The notes under the pieces are model-generated. The model was not told the origin of the DNA, ran no database searches, and saw nothing but the letters and a program-made list of their open reading frames with translations. The translations under genes and the position numbers were made by a program. Positions 20,375 through 29,947 of a stretch of DNA of 64,000 bases are shown piece by piece. The DNA is from an uncultured Verrucomicrobiae bacterium (lineage in GTDB: Bacteria; Verrucomicrobiota; Verrucomicrobiia; Limisphaerales; Palsa-1400), in contig CAVXRD010000002.1 of the NCBI GenBank assembly GCA_963764165.1, positions 3,168,001 to 3,232,000 of the forward strand, read 5' to 3'. Every line of letters starts with the position of its first letter. Positions within the stretch are counted from its first letter, which is position 1.

Positions 20375-21166
20375 ATGAGTGATTCATCTTCAACTTCAAT
20401 CGGAGCGGCTGATGCGGTGAAGCTGCCGCAAGAACCAGCCCGCCCAAGAAAGTCGCCACCAACAAAGACGTTGCCATCCGACCGCCTTGTGTTTGAGAAG
20501 CAAGTAGCAGGTCTTCGCGCATTTGCCGTCTCGTACAGCGCAAACGGCGGTAAACCAGTCACAAATGAGGAAGCTGGCAAAATAATTGGCATGGCTGCGG
20601 GTACAATAGTGGTGACAAATGCCTTTTTCTGCGAGCTGGGCTTCCTGCAAAGGCAAAAGGATAGCGAGGGGTTTATACCCTCTCAGGATGTCATGGCATA
20701 CGTAAAAGCGTACGAATGGGATCCGGAACGGGCAAAGGAAAAACTTAGAGGGCCGATTGAGGCTTCGTGGTTTGCCCAAACTCTCGTTCCGAGAATCAAA
20801 TTCCGCCCGTACGATGCGAGTGAAGCGGTTACTGTGCTTGCCGAGGCCTGCGCTGCATCGAAGGAGTACGAACCTCGTCTATGGCCGTTAATCGACTATT
20901 TGGCCTTCGTGGGCATTATTACTCGTGACGGTTCTCTGCTGAAAATCGCAAGCGGACAATCATTTGCGCCGACGGAAGCGAGTCCGCAGCCAAATGGCAA
21001 CTCATTGCTGGCTCCGACGGAATCAGGGGTGGAGCAATTTACGTTGACTCTTGATCCAAAGTCCAAGCGGAAGATTACTATTCAGTGCCCGCCTACAATA
21101 AAGAAGGCTGAGCTGGCGAGAATTCAAGCGTGGCTGGCGCTGCAAATAATTATTGAAGATGAGTGA
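20375..21166 (+). CDS. hypothetical protein, possibly tandem winged-helix (DUF5343-like layout)
   Basis: 263-aa ORF after a very AT-rich leader; FFCELGFL and YLAFVGII wing-like motifs; short C-terminal beta domain. Confidence 0.6.
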   Translation: MSDSSSTSIGAADAVKLPQEPARPRKSPPTKTLPSDRLVFEKQVAGLRAFAVSYSANGGKPVTNEEAGKIIGMAAGTIVVTNAFFCELGFLQRQKDSEGFIPSQDVMAYVKAYEWDPERAKEKLRGPIEASWFAQTLVPRIKFRPYDASEAVTVLAEACAASKEYEPRLWPLIDYLAFVGIITRDGSLLKIASGQSFAPTEASPQPNGNSLLAPTESGVEQFTLTLDPKSKRKITIQCPPTIKKAELARIQAWLALQIIIEDE

Positions 21167-21185
21167 ATCCTAATTTGTAAAAAAC

Positions 21186-21231
21186 CGACCTTCCCAAACG
21201 TGTCACCGTTTGAGAAGGTCGATAATTTTTT
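21186..21231 (+). terminator. terminator-like hairpin after the 20375 ORF
   Basis: cgaccttcccaaacg-tgtcac-cgtttgagaaggtcg followed by an AT/T-run. Confidence 0.7.
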
Positions 21232-21358
21232 CGTTGGCTGGCAGTCGCCAACGGAGACGTGCGAGCGGTGTTATCCGCCCTCTGATGCGAGTGCGAAACT
21301 AACAGAAGACCCGTCCGGCGTCAATGACGATTGCACACATTAACAAAAGGCTTTTGCC

Positions 21359-21523
21359 ATGGGCAAAATCTATCGTTGTTATACGTGCGGTGAATCGATT
21401 GTGTTTAGAATGTGCGTAAGGCACTGGAAAACACGTCGAATCATCCGTGCCAGGAGCGGAAGGCCGTTCCCCGTTCACATAAACGGTGCCTGCGGGCAAC
21501 TTGGATTCCAACTAGGACTCTAA
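21359..21523 (+). CDS. 54-aa CxxC...H..C zinc-finger mini-protein (not in ORF track)
   Basis: MGKIYRCYTCGESIVFR...GRPFPVHINGACGQ...; followed by a c(TTCG)g hairpin. Confidence 0.5.
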   Translation: MGKIYRCYTCGESIVFRMCVRHWKTRRIIRARSGRPFPVHINGACGQLGFQLGL

Positions 21524-21534
21524 GCCGCACAACA

Positions 21535-21558
21535 CCGCACGGTCTTCGGGCCGTGCGG
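21535..21558 (+). terminator. stable hairpin with UUCG tetraloop
   Basis: ccgcacggtc-ttcg-ggccgtgcgg; no T-tract. Confidence 0.5.
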
Positions 21559-21675
21559 CGCTGTACACGTTCAAATTCCAGCGGCGCTCGCTACGGCCAA
21601 CAAGGCGTTGGTCGCAGTGCGCGACCGTCGATTGAGATCGACCGGCATAACTTCGCAGAGTTCTTAGTCCAGTTT

Positions 21676-22836
21676 CTACGCCGCTCTTATCTTTCGCAGC
21701 GAGGAGGAGACCTTTTCCCACTTCTGCGTCCTCGCCGATTTCAACACCGCATCACAAACATACTGCGTCTCCAGCGCATCGCGGAAGGTGGGAGCGGCGA
21801 AGGTGCCGCTGCTGAGGCCCGCCAGGAAATCCGCCACTTGGTGGACGAAAGTGTGTTCGTAGCCGATTTGCAATCCCGGCACCCACCAGTTTTTCATATA
21901 TGGCTGGTCGCTGTCGGTCACATGCACGTTGCGCCAGCCGCGGACCCGGCCTTCGTCGCGGTGATCGAAGTATTGCAGGCGGTGCAGGTCGTGCAGATCC
22001 CACGCGATGGAGGCGTGCTCGCCGTTGATTTCAAAGGTGTAGAGGGCTTTGTGGCCGCGGGCGTATCGGGTGGATTCGAAGGTGGCCAGCGAGCCGTTCT
22101 TGAATCTCGCGAGGAAGGCGCAGGCGTCGTCGATGCCGACCTTTTCGACTTTGCCGCTCAGGTTGTGCTTGCGCTCTTTGACGAAGGTTTCGGTCATGGC
22201 GTTGACTTTGTCGATGCCGCCGTTGAGCCACACGGCGGTGTCAATGCAATGGGCCAGCAGATCGCCGGTCACGCCGCTGCCGGCGACTTTAACGTCCAGG
22301 CGCCATAGACCCGCGCCGCCTTGCGGAAGTTCGGGGCTGATCGTCCAATCCTGGAGGAATTTGGCGCGATAATGGAAAATGCGGCCGAGCTTCCCTTCAT
22401 CGATGAGTTGTTTGGCCAACGTCACGGCGGGGACGCGGCGATAATTATACCAAACCATGTTCGGCACTTTGGCTTTTTCGACGGCGGCGACCATGATTTT
22501 GCCTTGCGGGCCGTCCATCGAGAGCGGCTTCTCGCACAAAATCATTTTGCCGGCTTTGGCGGCGGCGATGGCGATTTCGGCGTGGGTGTCGTTGGGGCTG
22601 GCGATGTCGATGGCGTCGATGTCCGCCCGCTGGATGAGCTTGCGCCAATCGGTTTCAAAACTTTCGTAGCCCCATTTGGCGGCGAAGGCGCGGGCGGTGT
22701 TCTCGCTGCGGGCGCAGACGGCTTTGAGAACGGGCTTGTATTCAAGGTCAAAAAAATGATTGACCTTGCTGAAGGCGTTGGAGTGGGTGCGGCCCATGAA
22801 TCCGCATCCGATGAGTCCGATGTTGAGTGGCTTCAT
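21676..22836 (-). CDS. Gfo/Idh/MocA oxidoreductase
   Basis: [30 protein letters not shown]. Confidence 0.93.
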   Translation of the reverse strand: MKPLNIGLIGCGFMGRTHSNAFSKVNHFFDLEYKPVLKAVCARSENTARAFAAKWGYESFETDWRKLIQRADIDAIDIASPNDTHAEIAIAAAKAGKMILCEKPLSMDGPQGKIMVAAVEKAKVPNMVWYNYRRVPAVTLAKQLIDEGKLGRIFHYRAKFLQDWTISPELPQGGAGLWRLDVKVAGSGVTGDLLAHCIDTAVWLNGGIDKVNAMTETFVKERKHNLSGKVEKVGIDDACAFLARFKNGSLATFESTRYARGHKALYTFEINGEHASIAWDLHDLHRLQYFDHRDEGRVRGWRNVHVTDSDQPYMKNWWVPGLQIGYEHTFVHQVADFLAGLSSGTFAAPTFRDALETQYVCDAVLKSARTQKWEKVSSSLRKIRAA

Positions 22837-22917
22837 AAATGAAGGTGTGATAAACGTGAAAATCAGAATTTAAACTCAATCGCGAACGGGTGTGAGACAA
22901 AATTCTTCCGGTGGCAT

Positions 22918-23085
22918 TTCATTAACACCCCGCTTCAGCGGGGTGAACCCCGGACGCGACGAAAAACAAACCGTTTCAACGGTTTGTCGAAAGCGCGTGG
23001 TCTCATGCGGGCGTGGGAAACCGTTAAAACGGTTTCCTGCCTTGGGGCTGCCCGGCACCACCCCGCTAAAGCGGGGTGTTAATGA
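22918..23085. mobile_element. non-autonomous copy (REPIN/MITE-like) of the 19343-19962 element
   Basis: Same two palindromes at both ends with only a short spacer and no transposase. Confidence 0.85.
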
Positions 23086-23135
23086 GAGGGGTCCTGCATC
23101 GCGTATTGGCATATATTCATTTTGTTCTCTAAGTT

Positions 23136-23175
23136 CCCCTCTCCCTGTCCCTCTCCCCTCAAGCGGGGCGAGGGG
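23136..23175. repeat. CCCCTCTCCC-type REP hairpin
   Basis: cccctctccctgtccctctcccctcaagcggggcgagggg. Confidence 0.6.
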
Positions 23176-23230
23176 ATTAAAGGGCGTCTCGCAGTTTGAT
23201 GTCCTATTAGTAAGATGCGCCTCCCGCATA

Positions 23231-24286
<1,056 letters not shown>

Positions 24287-24359
24287 GGGCTAATCCTTGC
24301 CAAAAAAGAATTGGGTTGGCAATTGCCAACGGAGGAAGTGTGCAGAAAAAGCGCTTTTA

Positions 24360-24474
24360 GGCAGGGGCGCATATGGGAAGCGGAACTTCGGCCCCAGGCG
24401 TCCGGGGATATTGCGAGTCCGAACGCGTTCGAAAAACTCCACGGCCTCGGACGCCTCGGCGAGGCGTCCCTACC
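24360..24474. repeat. inverted REP pair (GGTAGGGACGCCTCGCCGAGGCGTCCG family)
   Basis: Right arm cggacgcctcggcgaggcgtccctacc is identical to 25898-25924. Confidence 0.8.
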
Positions 24475-24751
24475 TTTCAAGTCAGATCGCGCGACTTGTT
24501 TCGGCTGAGAATCTTCATCGAGAACAGAGACAAACCCAAAGCGGCCAGCGGTTCTGCGGCGCTGGCGGGACTATACATCCGGGCCATGATAACTGCCCAC
24601 GCCAGGAACAAGCCCATGTAAACAACACGGATCATTCAACCTTTTCGTGAAGGTCGCAGGACTCCGTCGAAACGATGTCTCCGAGGTTGATCATCTTGAC
24701 AAGCTACCCGCGGACGGCTCGAAAACAATGGGGGAAAACCTGAAATTTGAA

Positions 24752-25627
24752 TCAGGACTGCTTTCGGGGCGCGATCACGAGGCTGGCCAGAATGACGCAT
24801 AAGATCAGGCAGGCCAGCCAGCCATCAATGAGATTGCCGGAACCCCAGAAACTTCCTGGCTCGGCGGTTGAATTGAGGAGGAACCGATACGATTTCAGCC
24901 AGAAAATCCATCCCGCGTGCAAGCCGATGGAAAAATAAAGCGCGCCCGTCCGTTGATAGAGGATGGCCAGAATCGAGCCCGCCGCCAGCAGCGTGAAGAA
25001 GGCGGGAACCATGGGTGGATGCCGCATCACCAAGGCGGCGAGCAATTTCAAACCGGAGTTCCACGCCACGGCGCCTGATAAATCTCCGTTTTTGATAAAG
25101 TGAACCACGGAGTAAACCGCGCTGCTGGCCAGCACGGCGATGGCGCACGGCAGCGATTTGCGCAGAATTCCGAAAAGCGCGCCGCGGAAAACAAGCTCCT
25201 CCAAAATGGCGACGATCACGGCGGACCAAGCGGCATTAAACAAGTGCTGGATCAACTCGCCTGGAGAACGAATCGTTACTATTGAATTGACACGAAATGC
25301 GAGCGTCACGACGGCCACGGCGGCGAGGGACATCCATCCGAGCAAGGCGCCTTTGGCGGCATCCCCGACCGGGGACCGCCCATTGGGGGCGAAACCGATT
25401 TCCGCCCAACTGTTCATGCCGCTTCCCCGCAAAAGCGGCCACAAGCAAATAAGCGCGAGCCCAAGCAGCGAGCGATCCAGAAAGCGGTGAAACGGCTGTG
25501 CGGCCAGATGCGTGAACGTGTGATGCGCCGCCGTCCACTGAAGCAGCCAATAGAGCCAGGGCGCGAGCAGCGCCCCGCCCAGAAACACGACCGCGAAATA
25601 AATCAGCAGTGTGCGTAAGGGCCGCAT
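24752..25627 (-). CDS. CPBP/Abi family intramembrane glutamic endopeptidase
   Basis: LEELVFRG, YSVVH, GLHAGW. Confidence 0.9.
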   Translation of the reverse strand: MRPLRTLLIYFAVVFLGGALLAPWLYWLLQWTAAHHTFTHLAAQPFHRFLDRSLLGLALICLWPLLRGSGMNSWAEIGFAPNGRSPVGDAAKGALLGWMSLAAVAVVTLAFRVNSIVTIRSPGELIQHLFNAAWSAVIVAILEELVFRGALFGILRKSLPCAIAVLASSAVYSVVHFIKNGDLSGAVAWNSGLKLLAALVMRHPPMVPAFFTLLAAGSILAILYQRTGALYFSIGLHAGWIFWLKSYRFLLNSTAEPGSFWGSGNLIDGWLACLILCVILASLVIAPRKQS

Positions 25628-25650
25628 GGAGGCTGGTAATCGCGAAGCGA

Positions 25651-25924
25651 GGTAGGGACGCCTCTGGGAAGCGGAACTTCCGCACGAGGCGTCCGGGGTG
25701 AGGCGTTATCCAAGCCGAAACGATTCAGTTGGCTTCGGGGAGCGCGGTCGTCTCGACCGCAGTTTTTGGCGTCCCGCCGGAAACCCTGCCCGACTGTCCG
25801 GCGGGACGCCGGACAGAGCGACCGGCACGGCCGCGCTCCCAAATCCTGCTGCGTCGTTTGGGCTTCGGACGACGCGGTAAACATTTTCCCGCGCAACCGG
25901 ACGCCTCGGCGAGGCGTCCCTACC
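25651..25924. repeat. nested REP pairs (GTAG family enclosing GGAG family at 25737-25840)
   Basis: ggtagggacgcctc...gaggcgtccctacc surrounding gggagcgcgg...ccgcgctccc. Confidence 0.8.
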
Positions 25925-26013
25925 TTGACCACGATTGATTGGCCCGTCCGCATGGCGCGAATTAAAATGGGGTTTGCCTCTTGCGCCAAGTACAATCATA
26001 ACTGGGAGTTGTT

Positions 26014-27888
26014 ATGGGGGCCTGGCGTGAGACCTTTGACCAATTCCTTGCCACCGCCAGCAATTTCCTGCGCCAGCACTGGCGCAAGGCGTTGCAGGTG
26101 CGGGAACGCCTCTGGGTAAGCCAGGAAGCCCTCCATCTGGTCATGGCCGGCATCGTCGGCTTGATGGGTGGAGTGATCAACGTCGCCTTTTACCTCTGCA
26201 TAGAAGGATCCCAGGATTTTTTTTTGCGCCACCCAGGCGAGAAGGACATTGTCCAGGTCGCCCGTTTGCTTGACTGGCCGCTTCGCCTGCTGGCGCCGGC
26301 CCTGGGCGGATTGGCGGCGGGTCTCGTTTTGTATTGGGGCCTGAAATTCGTCGGCAAACAGCGCTCCACAAATCTTTTGGAAGTCGTCGTCGCCGGAGAC
26401 GGCCGGCTGCCCGTGAGAAGCGGCATCATTCGCGCCATTTCCTCGCTGGTGAGCATAGGGACCGGGGCCTCCATTGGGCGCGAAGGCGGCATTACGCAGC
26501 TCGCGGCCACCGCCGCTTCCAAATGGGGCCAAGTGGCGAAGTGGCAGCCCTATCGTTTGCGCCTGCTGGTGGCGTGCGGCGCGGCGGCGGGAATTGCGGG
26601 CGCTTACAACGCGCCCATCACCGGCGCGGTCTTCGCGGCGCATATCGTGCTCGGAAATTTTTCGATGAATCTTTTCGCGCCCCTGCTTTGCTCCTCGGTT
26701 GTTTCGTCGATGCTGGCGAGGCAATTCTTCGGGCTGAAGCCGTGGTACGAAGTTCCCAATTTCGATTTCACCAGCATCACGCAATTGCCATGGTTCGTCA
26801 TTCTCGGCTTTTTCGCGGGCGCCCTCGGGGCGGGATTCCTGCGTTTGCTGCAAATCAGCAAGGATATGTTTCAGCGCGTCAAACTGTTATATGTGCGGAT
26901 GGCCATCGGTGGAATCCTCGTTGGATTCATCGCGCTGCAATTTCCAGAAGTCTGGGGAAACGGGCACGGAGTGACGTCCGAGATTCTTCAGGATCCAAAA
27001 ACCATCGGCATCGTGGTCATGTTCGGAATTTTCATGGCGAAATTCATTGCCACCGTCATTACGGTGGGATCCGGCGCGGTCGGCGGCGTCATCACGCCGA
27101 CGCTTTTTCTGGGCGCGGGATTGGGAAGCTTGCTCGCGCTGGCGCTGCAGCACACGGATTTCGGCCCGGCGCTTCCGCCGATCGCGATCTTTGGCCTGGT
27201 CGGCATGGGCAGCGTTTTTTCCGCGACGACCCATTCCCCGCTGCTGGCCATTGTCATGGTGCTGGAAATTTCGCAGAATTACTCCCTGATGCCGGCGCTC
27301 ATGCTGGCTTGCGCTGTATCGACCATTGTCTCACGGCGGCTGCATCCGAGTTCGATTTACACCGAACCGCTCAAGCTTCGCAGCTTGGAAATGGAAAGCT
27401 ACCGCCTCGGCGCCGCCACGGAACAAACCATCGGCGATTTGATGCGCGCCCCGGTGCCGCCATTGCGTGAGAACGTGACGCTTCCGGAAATCGCGGACCG
27501 CTTTATCCGCAGTCAAAATAATTTCCTGCCAGTGGTCGACGCGCAGTATCGGCTGATCGGAGTGGTGGCGCTGCAGGATTTGAAGGAATATCTCGGCGCC
27601 GGCAGCGAGTTAAACGCGGTCATTGCCGCTGATGTCATGCGCCCGCCGCCGCCGTGCCTGCTGCCGGGGCAAAAACTTCTGGACGCGCTGCCGACGGTGC
27701 TTTCAAGCGAGCTTCGCAATGTGCCGGTGGTGAACACGCAGGAGGAGAAGCGGCTCGTCGGCGCCATGCTCCGCGCGGAAGCGCTGGACGTGCTTTCTGA
27801 AATGATCGCCGCCAACACCACGACCACGTCGTCGACCGAAAGCATGGCCAAGGAAAGCATGTCCGCTCCGCCTCACCGGACGGATTAG
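26014..27888 (+). CDS. ClC chloride channel/antiporter with CBS pair
   Basis: SIGREG, YNAPITG, GGVITPTLF; C-terminal CBS domains. Confidence 0.93.
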   Translation: MGAWRETFDQFLATASNFLRQHWRKALQVRERLWVSQEALHLVMAGIVGLMGGVINVAFYLCIEGSQDFFLRHPGEKDIVQVARLLDWPLRLLAPALGGLAAGLVLYWGLKFVGKQRSTNLLEVVVAGDGRLPVRSGIIRAISSLVSIGTGASIGREGGITQLAATAASKWGQVAKWQPYRLRLLVACGAAAGIAGAYNAPITGAVFAAHIVLGNFSMNLFAPLLCSSVVSSMLARQFFGLKPWYEVPNFDFTSITQLPWFVILGFFAGALGAGFLRLLQISKDMFQRVKLLYVRMAIGGILVGFIALQFPEVWGNGHGVTSEILQDPKTIGIVVMFGIFMAKFIATVITVGSGAVGGVITPTLFLGAGLGSLLALALQHTDFGPALPPIAIFGLVGMGSVFSATTHSPLLAIVMVLEISQNYSLMPALMLACAVSTIVSRRLHPSSIYTEPLKLRSLEMESYRLGAATEQTIGDLMRAPVPPLRENVTLPEIADRFIRSQNNFLPVVDAQYRLIGVVALQDLKEYLGAGSELNAVIAADVMRPPPPCLLPGQKLLDALPTVLSSELRNVPVVNTQEEKRLVGAMLRAEALDVLSEMIAANTTTTSSTESMAKESMSAPPHRTD

Positions 27889-27940
27889 CATCCCAGACAT
27901 TCCCAGCCGCATTTTGCGGGGGCGAATTGGCCAGACGTCT

Positions 27941-29074
27941 TTACCCATCATTGCCGTGCCCGTCATCGACGCGCTCGTGATTCACATAGACGCGCACCAG
28001 CCAGCCGTCGGCTTCGAGGCGTCCGACATTTTGGACATATTCGTCGTAGGGAAATCGTTTGCGAACATAAGGCAGCCGGCTGATGGTCTCGACCAATTGA
28101 TGGGTCCACGGGCGAAAGGACTGGCGCTCCTTCAACAATTGCTCAATGGCATCCTGATCTTCCGCGGACAGCAGCGGGACCGTATTCATGACGATTCCCT
28201 TTGCCAGCGGGATGGTATTCAACCATGAGTAAGAAGCGCGGCGGTCAAGCAGAAAGAGTTTGCCGAGGTTGCGCCCCTGGGCCAAAAGGCCGTCGAATTC
28301 CGGTTTCTGTTTTGCCTGGAGCGCGGCTTCGAGATTTGTTTTTTTCTCAATGGAAGAATTGCCCGGCGCCTTGAGCAAGGCTTCGCGGCTCAGCTCGGGT
28401 TCCATCAGCGCGTCGGCCAGCAGATGCGGGGCTTTCCAGCACACCAGCGCCGCCAATTCCAGCAGCGCCAATTGCCTGGATGTTTCCAAATCCCGGCTCG
28501 AGAGCGCCGCTTTCTGGAACTCTTTGGAAGGATCGCGCAGCAGATCGAGCAGCTTGGGCGCGGCGAGATCCTCGATGCGCGCCTGTTTGGTTTCGTAATT
28601 GCCGAACGTAATTCCGAGAATGTGGCTGACGCGATGCAAGGTGTGATCGCGCCGCAAATCAGAAATCCTCGGCACAGCGTCATTTCGGATGCCCGAATAA
28701 AAATCGTGCAGCGCGAGCCAGACGCCTCGATTCGGAATGCATAGATACGGCTGCTCGTCGGTCGCCGCGTCGAAACAGGCCCGCACCGTGCGTTCGTGGA
28801 ACGGCTGTTTCCACACCTCCTCAAGAAGATAAACCTTGTGATCGGATTCCCGAGGAAATGCGCCCAGGTAATCGAAGCTGGTCGAGGTCTTGATCGTGCT
28901 CTCGTCGTGGCCGAGGACCGATTTCGCGAGCCGCGCGAGCAGGTAAATCGCCACACCCATGAACACGAGCCCGTCGATGTTCTGCCAGATGTTGGCGGTG
29001 AAGGAGATAAAGTCGTTGAACAGGCGCCAGAAATGCGTCAGCAGCGGCGTGTTATCTTCCACGGCGAACATCAT
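27941..29074 (-). CDS. hypothetical protein with a single N-terminal TM segment
   Basis: Long ORF with host-like codon use; start trimmed because the upstream part is repeat-derived. Confidence 0.65.
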   Translation of the reverse strand: MMFAVEDNTPLLTHFWRLFNDFISFTANIWQNIDGLVFMGVAIYLLARLAKSVLGHDESTIKTSTSFDYLGAFPRESDHKVYLLEEVWKQPFHERTVRACFDAATDEQPYLCIPNRGVWLALHDFYSGIRNDAVPRISDLRRDHTLHRVSHILGITFGNYETKQARIEDLAAPKLLDLLRDPSKEFQKAALSSRDLETSRQLALLELAALVCWKAPHLLADALMEPELSREALLKAPGNSSIEKKTNLEAALQAKQKPEFDGLLAQGRNLGKLFLLDRRASYSWLNTIPLAKGIVMNTVPLLSAEDQDAIEQLLKERQSFRPWTHQLVETISRLPYVRKRFPYDEYVQNVGRLEADGWLVRVYVNHERVDDGHGNDG

Positions 29075-29228
29075 TGCCGCCTGCGCCAGAATTTCCGGAC
29101 TTCCCCTCATGCGAGGTGGCGGCGAGAAACCCGCCTCAATGAATGCGCAAGGGATTTGGAGCCGTGCATCGGCGCAAGATGCCGGAGCCGCCGCCGAAAA
29201 CCAACTGTTTTGCCACTGATTGGGATAA

Positions 29229-29260
29229 GCCACAGATGGACACAGATCAACACAGATTAA
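29229..29260. repeat. CACAGAT tandem repeat element
   Basis: gccacagatggacacagatcaacacagattaa. Confidence 0.65.
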
Positions 29261-29364
29261 GGAAATCAAAATCAAGGAAATTGGCCGCAGATTAACGATG
29301 TTTTTTATTTGGGCTTGCCGGTTGGCGTGGTTCTGCTCGGCCTGTTCCTAATCGCAAGAGTGTT

Positions 29365-29632
29365 GCAAAAGGAATCGACGCTGTACAACGAGGGGAATCA
29401 AAGGTGATCCGCTTTCCGGCAACCTCTTCTTTTTTGCTAATAGGCGGCGCATCGGGATCAAAATTCTGCGGGGGGTTGCAGCGGGTTGATCGTGGCGGCA
29501 AAACGGCTCGAACGCGGCAAGTTTACGATCCCAGTTAGCGGCACAGGCCAGATCAGCCTGCGCAGAGAGGAGTTCAGCGCCTTGATTCACGGCTTGGAAG
29601 CCCGGGCCAAGAATAACTGGTATCGCCGCTGA
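29365..29632 (+). pseudogene. tnpB: IS66 accessory protein TnpB (Orf2) relic
   Basis: KGIDA..; DPLSGNLFFFANRRR.IKIL; frameshift; GLIVAAKRLERGKF..LIHGLE..WYRR. Confidence 0.8.
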
Positions 29633-29857
29633 GCAAATAACAAATCCACTGTTTATTTGATTACGACAAAGAAGTACATCCGCCATGGCGAGTATTGCCT
29701 AAATCCCAAATATGGGACCAGCGATGGCTCGCTGAATCCCATCTGGCCTCGGCCTGGCAACCTGTTTCGTTTTTTTACTGCACCAACGTCCTCCTCGCCG
29801 GCGTGACGATTCAAAACTCTCTTTGTGAGAAGTTTTCCGATGTTTCGGAATTTTTTT

Positions 29858-29886
29858 GGAACTTTCCTGGTTCGAATTGCGCTTTT
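29858..29886 (+). promoter_or_regulatory. putative ECF promoter motif (copy 2, before the kinase)
   Basis: ggaactttcctggttcg-aattgcgctttt. Confidence 0.4.
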
Positions 29887-29947
29887 ATTACTATTGCGCC
29901 GAGTTGTGCGTGCCCTTTAAATCGATTTGGTCTGCATGCAATGACAT

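Noticed and set aside
19452..21166. IS605 tnpA-tnpB (OMEGA) system
   Set aside because: The downstream ORF lacks RuvC and Zn-finger motifs and lies outside the element ends; the relic at 29365 is the unrelated IS66 TnpB
24477..24635. 52-aa hydrophobic minus-strand ORF (MIRVVYMGLFLAW...)
   Set aside because: Possible small membrane protein, but no motif or clear RBS; too little support
29348..29686. 112-aa minus-strand ORF
   Set aside because: Antisense reading of the IS66 tnpB relic
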